Positions 56,346 to 64,000 of a stretch of 64,000 nt of DNA are shown piece by piece (the stretch's first letter is position 1; each line of letters opens with the position of its first letter). The stretch comes from the human T2T-CHM13v2.0 reference genome, Homo sapiens. The notes below the pieces were generated by a model that saw nothing but the letters and a program-made list of their open reading frames with translations, was not told where the DNA came from and did no database searches. The stretch lies in assembly GCF_009914755.1 (NCBI RefSeq), contig NC_060932.1. The stretch is one strand, 5' to 3'. Made by a program: the position numbers and the translations under genes.

Positions 56346-58763
56346 TACTTTAGGTCCTGTTCACTTTTCATTGGTTAAATTGTATAATTAAATGAGGATG
56401 TGAGAGAAATTACCACGTGTAAATCTCTGGAGTCTTTGATGGTTTTCCTACCCCCTACAGTATCCCCTAACAACAGAGATATAGAGATGCATGCTGTGTT
56501 GCTGTTTGGTAGATAGGGAGCTCCAGGAACCTCCCACTGGCTCTGTACACCTTTGGTCTTAATCCGTCAGCAGAGACAACAATGTAGAGATGCTGCCTTC
56601 CCCTAAAGATGTTAATTCCAAATATGCATTCAGGGGCTGTAAAAACAACCATAAAATGGGATTGAAGCCCTTTAGCTTTTCCAGAAGGCTAATGTGAAAA
56701 GTCCAGTTTTCTCCTGATGCCCATAAGACCCAAATAAGATTGGTGGTATGCAGCAGTGTTTGGGGGTTCCAGGAATTAGATGAATTAGGTGAGACATGGT
56801 GCCTGATAGTTCTTAAATGATTTGATATTTTTATTCCATTGAAGAATTACCCTAGTAGGTGGCTTTAGAGTCCTTTGAGTATGGCTAGGAAAAGCTTCAC
56901 AGGTCATCATACATAGTGGATACATTGCAAGGTTCATTCTTCAGCCCACCCTGCCTTTTTCCAAGTTCTTGGATTTAACTATTTCAGGACTGGGAATTGA
57001 GACAGAACTGAAACCATTTATTATGGTGGCTCAAGAGAGACTTTCATTGCCCAGACCTGAAATTTATTTTTTAGTTTTGATTTGCTTCCAGGAAACTAAT
57101 GCTCAATTGACTCATGGCTTTGACTTGACATTTGTTACTCTGGAGTATGGAACATTTCTTAATTTTTATGGCAGAAGCATTGCAATCTCCCAAAGTCTTA
57201 CCATAAATAGGAACTTGATTTTGGAGAAGCACAAGTGGGAATTTACTTAACTAATATAGTTGCCTCATTCCACAGAGTGCTATATTCCTCCCCAGGTTTA
57301 CTGATGGGAATTGTTACTACCAACTGCCTTATTTTTTGCCTGGAACGAATTCCAGCTTTCTCTTATTTAACTAATGGGCTTTTTCACCTGTACTGTTGTT
57401 AACCTGAGTCAGTTAGGGTTTATAAATGCAAGCAACAGAAATGAATATTAATAGTAAGGGAAATTTATCAGAACATTATTAGATGAGTTCATAAAGTAAT
57501 TAGGTTACTAGACCCCATTTTTGGAAAACGTGTTGGAATCAAGGAGCTCTGGAGAGCTACGCGGAAGGGATGACAGGCGTCTGCAAGAACAGAGTGTCTG
57601 AGTCCACCATAGTTTGCAGTGTAAGAGTTAGCATTCACTCAGAAGTTATCATTATCTTTGTCACCCATAATGTTTCTTTAATCCCATCAAACTTCTAAAC
57701 AGAGCAAAAATTAGCTTTTACATACAGCATACATTACTGGCAGTTGCTCCATCAAAATTTTTGCAGTCTTATTCCAAGTTTATTTTGACAACATCTTTGA
57801 AGGTACTTTTGCATTCAAATGTTTCGATCAGTACACTAACAGACAAGAGAACAAACATTTATGAAACTAAGAATTGTGTTATTTTAAAACCAGTAATATT
57901 TAGGCTACCTCTAATCATGACCTTTTAAAATCAGCTTATAAATATCCCCAAAGTAAGAAATTGAGTGGTAATTGGAACATGAGCTACTTAAACTTCTGTT
58001 AAAAAAATTAACTGTAGGTTATATCTCATTAAAAGTACATCAGAATGCCCTGGGACAATTTTCTGGCTTAGGAAGCAAATGTCTTTATTAGTTTTATAAT
58101 AGGAAGCAAAGTTGAGTTATCTAATACCTAAAGCTTGACAATCACCACTGGAAAAGCTTTTACAAACTGACTGAGTTCAGGATCAAAAGAAGTGAAAAAC
58201 TTTGTAAATAAGAAAAAAAATTAAGAGTGCGGATTTGAGGAATTAAAACAAGGATAATGTGTAAGGACAAGGGAGACCAGAAGAACAGGACACCCCAGAT
58301 CTTAAGAGTAAGCAAATAATTCACAATTCCTCTTTTCTTTGTCTGCCAAGGACGTATCCACATTATGGATAAAAAGTAATCCCCTAGCTGATAACTTCAC
58401 AAGGTGAAATACTCCATGCAAAACTTCAGAGGCTTCTACTATAAGAAACGATTTCTTCCTACTAGAAAAAAGAGTGAAACCCTTGAGTGGCTTGTATTAT
58501 AAGAGCTATATTTAGGAATGTCTTGTAAACGGATAGATAATTACAAGAGGTTGTTTTGGTTGATTGAAGAACAGTCAGACAACTCTAAATTTGGACTGAG
58601 TTAATAAAGAATAATTTTTTTCCCCAAGCTCTTTCTGTGGTACCATTTGTTTGAGTAACTTGAATCTGACTGACAATTTCAGAACAGATAAGAAGTATAT
58701 CCATGTCTTAGTGGCAGCAGTGCTCAGGGGATGGTGACGACAGGAATTAACAGGTAAAACTAA

Positions 58764-59030
58764 GGCCGCATGTGGTGGCTCGTACCTGTTAATCTCGGGG
58801 ATTTGGGGGTCCAAGGCAGGAGGATTGCTTGAGGCCAGGGGATTGAGACCAGCCTGGGCAACAGAGCAAGACCCCATCCATAGGGAAAAAAAAAAAACTT
58901 AGCCAGGCATGGGAGGCTAAGGCCGGAGGATGATTTGAGCCCAGGAGTTCCAGGCTGCAATGAGCCAAGATCAAGCCACTGCACTCCAGCCTGGGTGACA
59001 GAATGAGATGTAGACTCAAAAAAAAAAAAA
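58764..59030 (+). mobile_element. AluJ with a short deletion in the right arm
   Basis: J diagnostics 'aggattgcttgaggccagg', 'gagcccaggagttccaggctgca'. Confidence 0.9.
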
Positions 59031-60167
59031 TTTTTTTTTCAAAGCGCAAATTGTCTTCCCACAATTGTAAAACTGGCTTATGGCCAATGGAGAAGGTGAA
59101 AAACTGAAGCACAGCTTTGTAAACAAATTCAGACTAATTCTATGATCCTAAAAGCTGTCAGCCTCAGATTTCCATTCTAAGAAATAAAGGTGTTAAATAA
59201 TCTCTGAACACCCTTTGGATTCATGTGTCTGTGCTTGCAGTTTAACTGACTAAAAATGAATTATCTCATTATGAACAAAATATTATTACGTATTTTGTTT
59301 TACCCATTTTTTTTTGGTCTAATATTGTCAAACTTCATAATTATTTTCTGTTAACACTAGAGGTCAGGCTAAGAATAGTCCTGCTTTGTATATTATGAAC
59401 CACATAAGATATTATAAATACTTTAGATATTTTGACTTTTTTAAGAGTTTTTGAATTTCCATTATAATTGTTACATTACTCATTCACACTTTGTCAACAA
59501 TAAAGGTAATGAAAGTTTTTTTCTAAACACTAAGAAAACTGAAAATATAAAAAGTATGTCTTTGATGTGTGTGCTAATATTACAAATAAAAATTCAACAG
59601 ATTTTTTAAGTAAATCAACAACTTAAACTTTCTTCACCTAAATATATCATTATTATATACATTTTCCTAACCTTAGCCATTTATTTTTCTTTTACTTTTT
59701 CATATTTTCCCCCTGCAGAATTACAAGCACTATGACAAAAGTAACAATTTACCACAACCTTGAAATAACCTTGAAAATCAAACAAAAGCAAAAATAAAGA
59801 TGCAAAATTAATAGCATCACTTTAAGCTTAAGGCTCTAGGAAGCCTTTTGAACTTGCCAGGAATTTAGGTGAACTTTATACATTACCAATCTCACATCCA
59901 AATGCACACAAAAATAGACTTAACACTATTTTACAGAGAATTAGTAAATTCTTTCATGTCACACTTGGTAATCTAAAGTAAAGCAGGGAAAGGTATGAAA
60001 ATGTGATTAAAACTCGGAAGAGACGGTAAGAAAACATTAAGCTAGGGCTTATGGGCCATATGAGGTAGAAGTGGTCTCTACACAAATATAAACAGATAAA
60101 ATACACTCTTTGCATTTCAGAAATAGAGAACTTCTAGCCATTGGGGGGAAAAATAAATAAATGCATC

Positions 60168-60197
60168 GTGTGTGTGTGTTTGTGCATGTGTGTGTGT
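60168..60197. repeat. Imperfect (TG)n microsatellite
   Basis: Directly visible. Confidence 0.85.
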
Positions 60198-60958
60198 CCC
60201 ATTTATTCATTTAGTTCACACGTGCCTACATATTCGCAACCAAGTCTTTTTCTTTAGGCAGTGTAAGATATGCATGTAAAACTTAAAGAAATTTTTACCC
60301 CCTAAAACAGGAGGTTCTTCAAGAAATTACTATATCCTCAAAGAACCAATGTTATCAACCATCTCCCTAAAAGAAAGTCTTTGCCTGAAGAATCACTAGA
60401 TACAAAGTCAAGATACCCTGCAGAGGACAGCGGCGATTTTCCTAATAAGGTTGTTGTGTTGAGATAAATGCACTGAGCTGCAGTTAGAGGATGGGCTTTC
60501 CTGATGAATCATTTCCAGCATGCCCCTGACCAGGTGCTTTGTGAAGGCCTCTGTGCTCTCTTAGCACTCAGGGGCTGGCCAGCCTGGCATCCACACTGTT
60601 TGGATCAATTGATTGAATCAATTGATCTTTTATATTTTTTTATTGTTTCCGCAATCCCCTAAATTCCCCATCAGTGTTCGTTTTCTCCAGAGCATCTTTC
60701 CACACCAGACACGTGGATACCTTTTCATCTACGGAAAATGAAGGATCCTCACAGGTAGAGCTTGGAGGTGAAGGGCTAAGAACAGGTCAGATATGCCCAT
60801 ACAATTTCTGTTTCTGCCGAGTGAACAGGGAAAACCACTACATTCACTTTCCCTGCCATTCCAGGTGCACGTACTTAAACCAAAGATGATACAACAGGGT
60901 AAACTGCTAGTGGGCAACATAAAAACACCAACGATATTTTTGAAATTTTCTTTTCTCA

Positions 60959-61243
60959 TTTTTTAGAGAGAGAGTCTCACTCTGTAGCCCAGCTGAAGTG
61001 CAATGGCGTCATTACAGCTCACCCTTGAACTCCTGGGATCAAGTGATCCTCCCTCCACCACAGCCTCCTGAGTAGCTAGGACCACATGTGTGCACCACCA
61101 CACCTAATTTTTGTTTGTTTTTGTGTAGAGACGAAGTCTCACTTTGTGGTTCAGGCTGGTATCAAACTCCTGGCCTCAAACAATCCTCCTGCCTCAGCCT
61201 CCCAAAGGGCTGGGATTATAGGTGTGAGCCACTGCGCTCCTGA
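60959..61243 (-). mobile_element. AluJ
   Basis: 'cttgaactcctgggatcaagtgatcctcc', 'ctcctggcctcaaacaatcctcctgcctcagcctcccaaag'. Confidence 0.9.
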
Positions 61244-61536
61244 CTGAAATTTTCTGTTTCCATTGGAAAAGCAGAACATGCTAATGTATAATAATTTGGG
61301 AACTGGAGAAAAGGCGAAAGGCAAAAAGTCACCTAATATATTACTGTCAACAATTCTATTTTTCAATTTATTTTTCAAACCTAGTTGTTTTCTTTCCAAT
61401 AGAGATGTAATCCTGGTTTAAAAAATTGCATTCTGATATTGTATATTCTTTATAAACACCTTAACTTATGGCATATTCATCCTCCAACTTTATTTTCTAT
61501 AAGTTAAATTTACTCAGTTTTAAAAGTTAGTTTTTT

Positions 61537-64000
<2,464 letters not shown>

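Overview
AT-rich primate (hominoid-type) genomic DNA, probably intergenic or deep intronic, made up largely of transposable elements. I found no intact protein-coding gene, RNA gene or CRISPR array. Almost all listed ORFs are L1, Alu or LTR read-throughs or chance ORFs. Main contents: a 5'-truncated processed pseudogene of cytosolic asparaginyl-tRNA synthetase (NARS1; ~38.6-40.25 kb); a near full-length L1PA15/16-like LINE (27.0-36.85 kb) hosting a truncated ERV1 provirus (env + 3'LTR, itself broken by an Alu) and a MER75 piggyBac MITE; a complete THE1D LTR-int-LTR element; solo LTRs (MER11, MER57, THE1C, MER66, MSTA, MER61, MLT1, MST); young L1PA 3' fragments; Alus; and ancient L2/MIR/hAT elements. 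I see no convincing new biological system. The most notable items are atypical retro-insertions (two L1 copies ending at the same internal ORF2 position, an Alu that replaced part of env), DUX-type motifs, a perfect nested palindrome, and a few candidate enhancers or exons. Subfamily names come from recalled consensus sequences, not a database search. Boundaries without TSDs are approximate.
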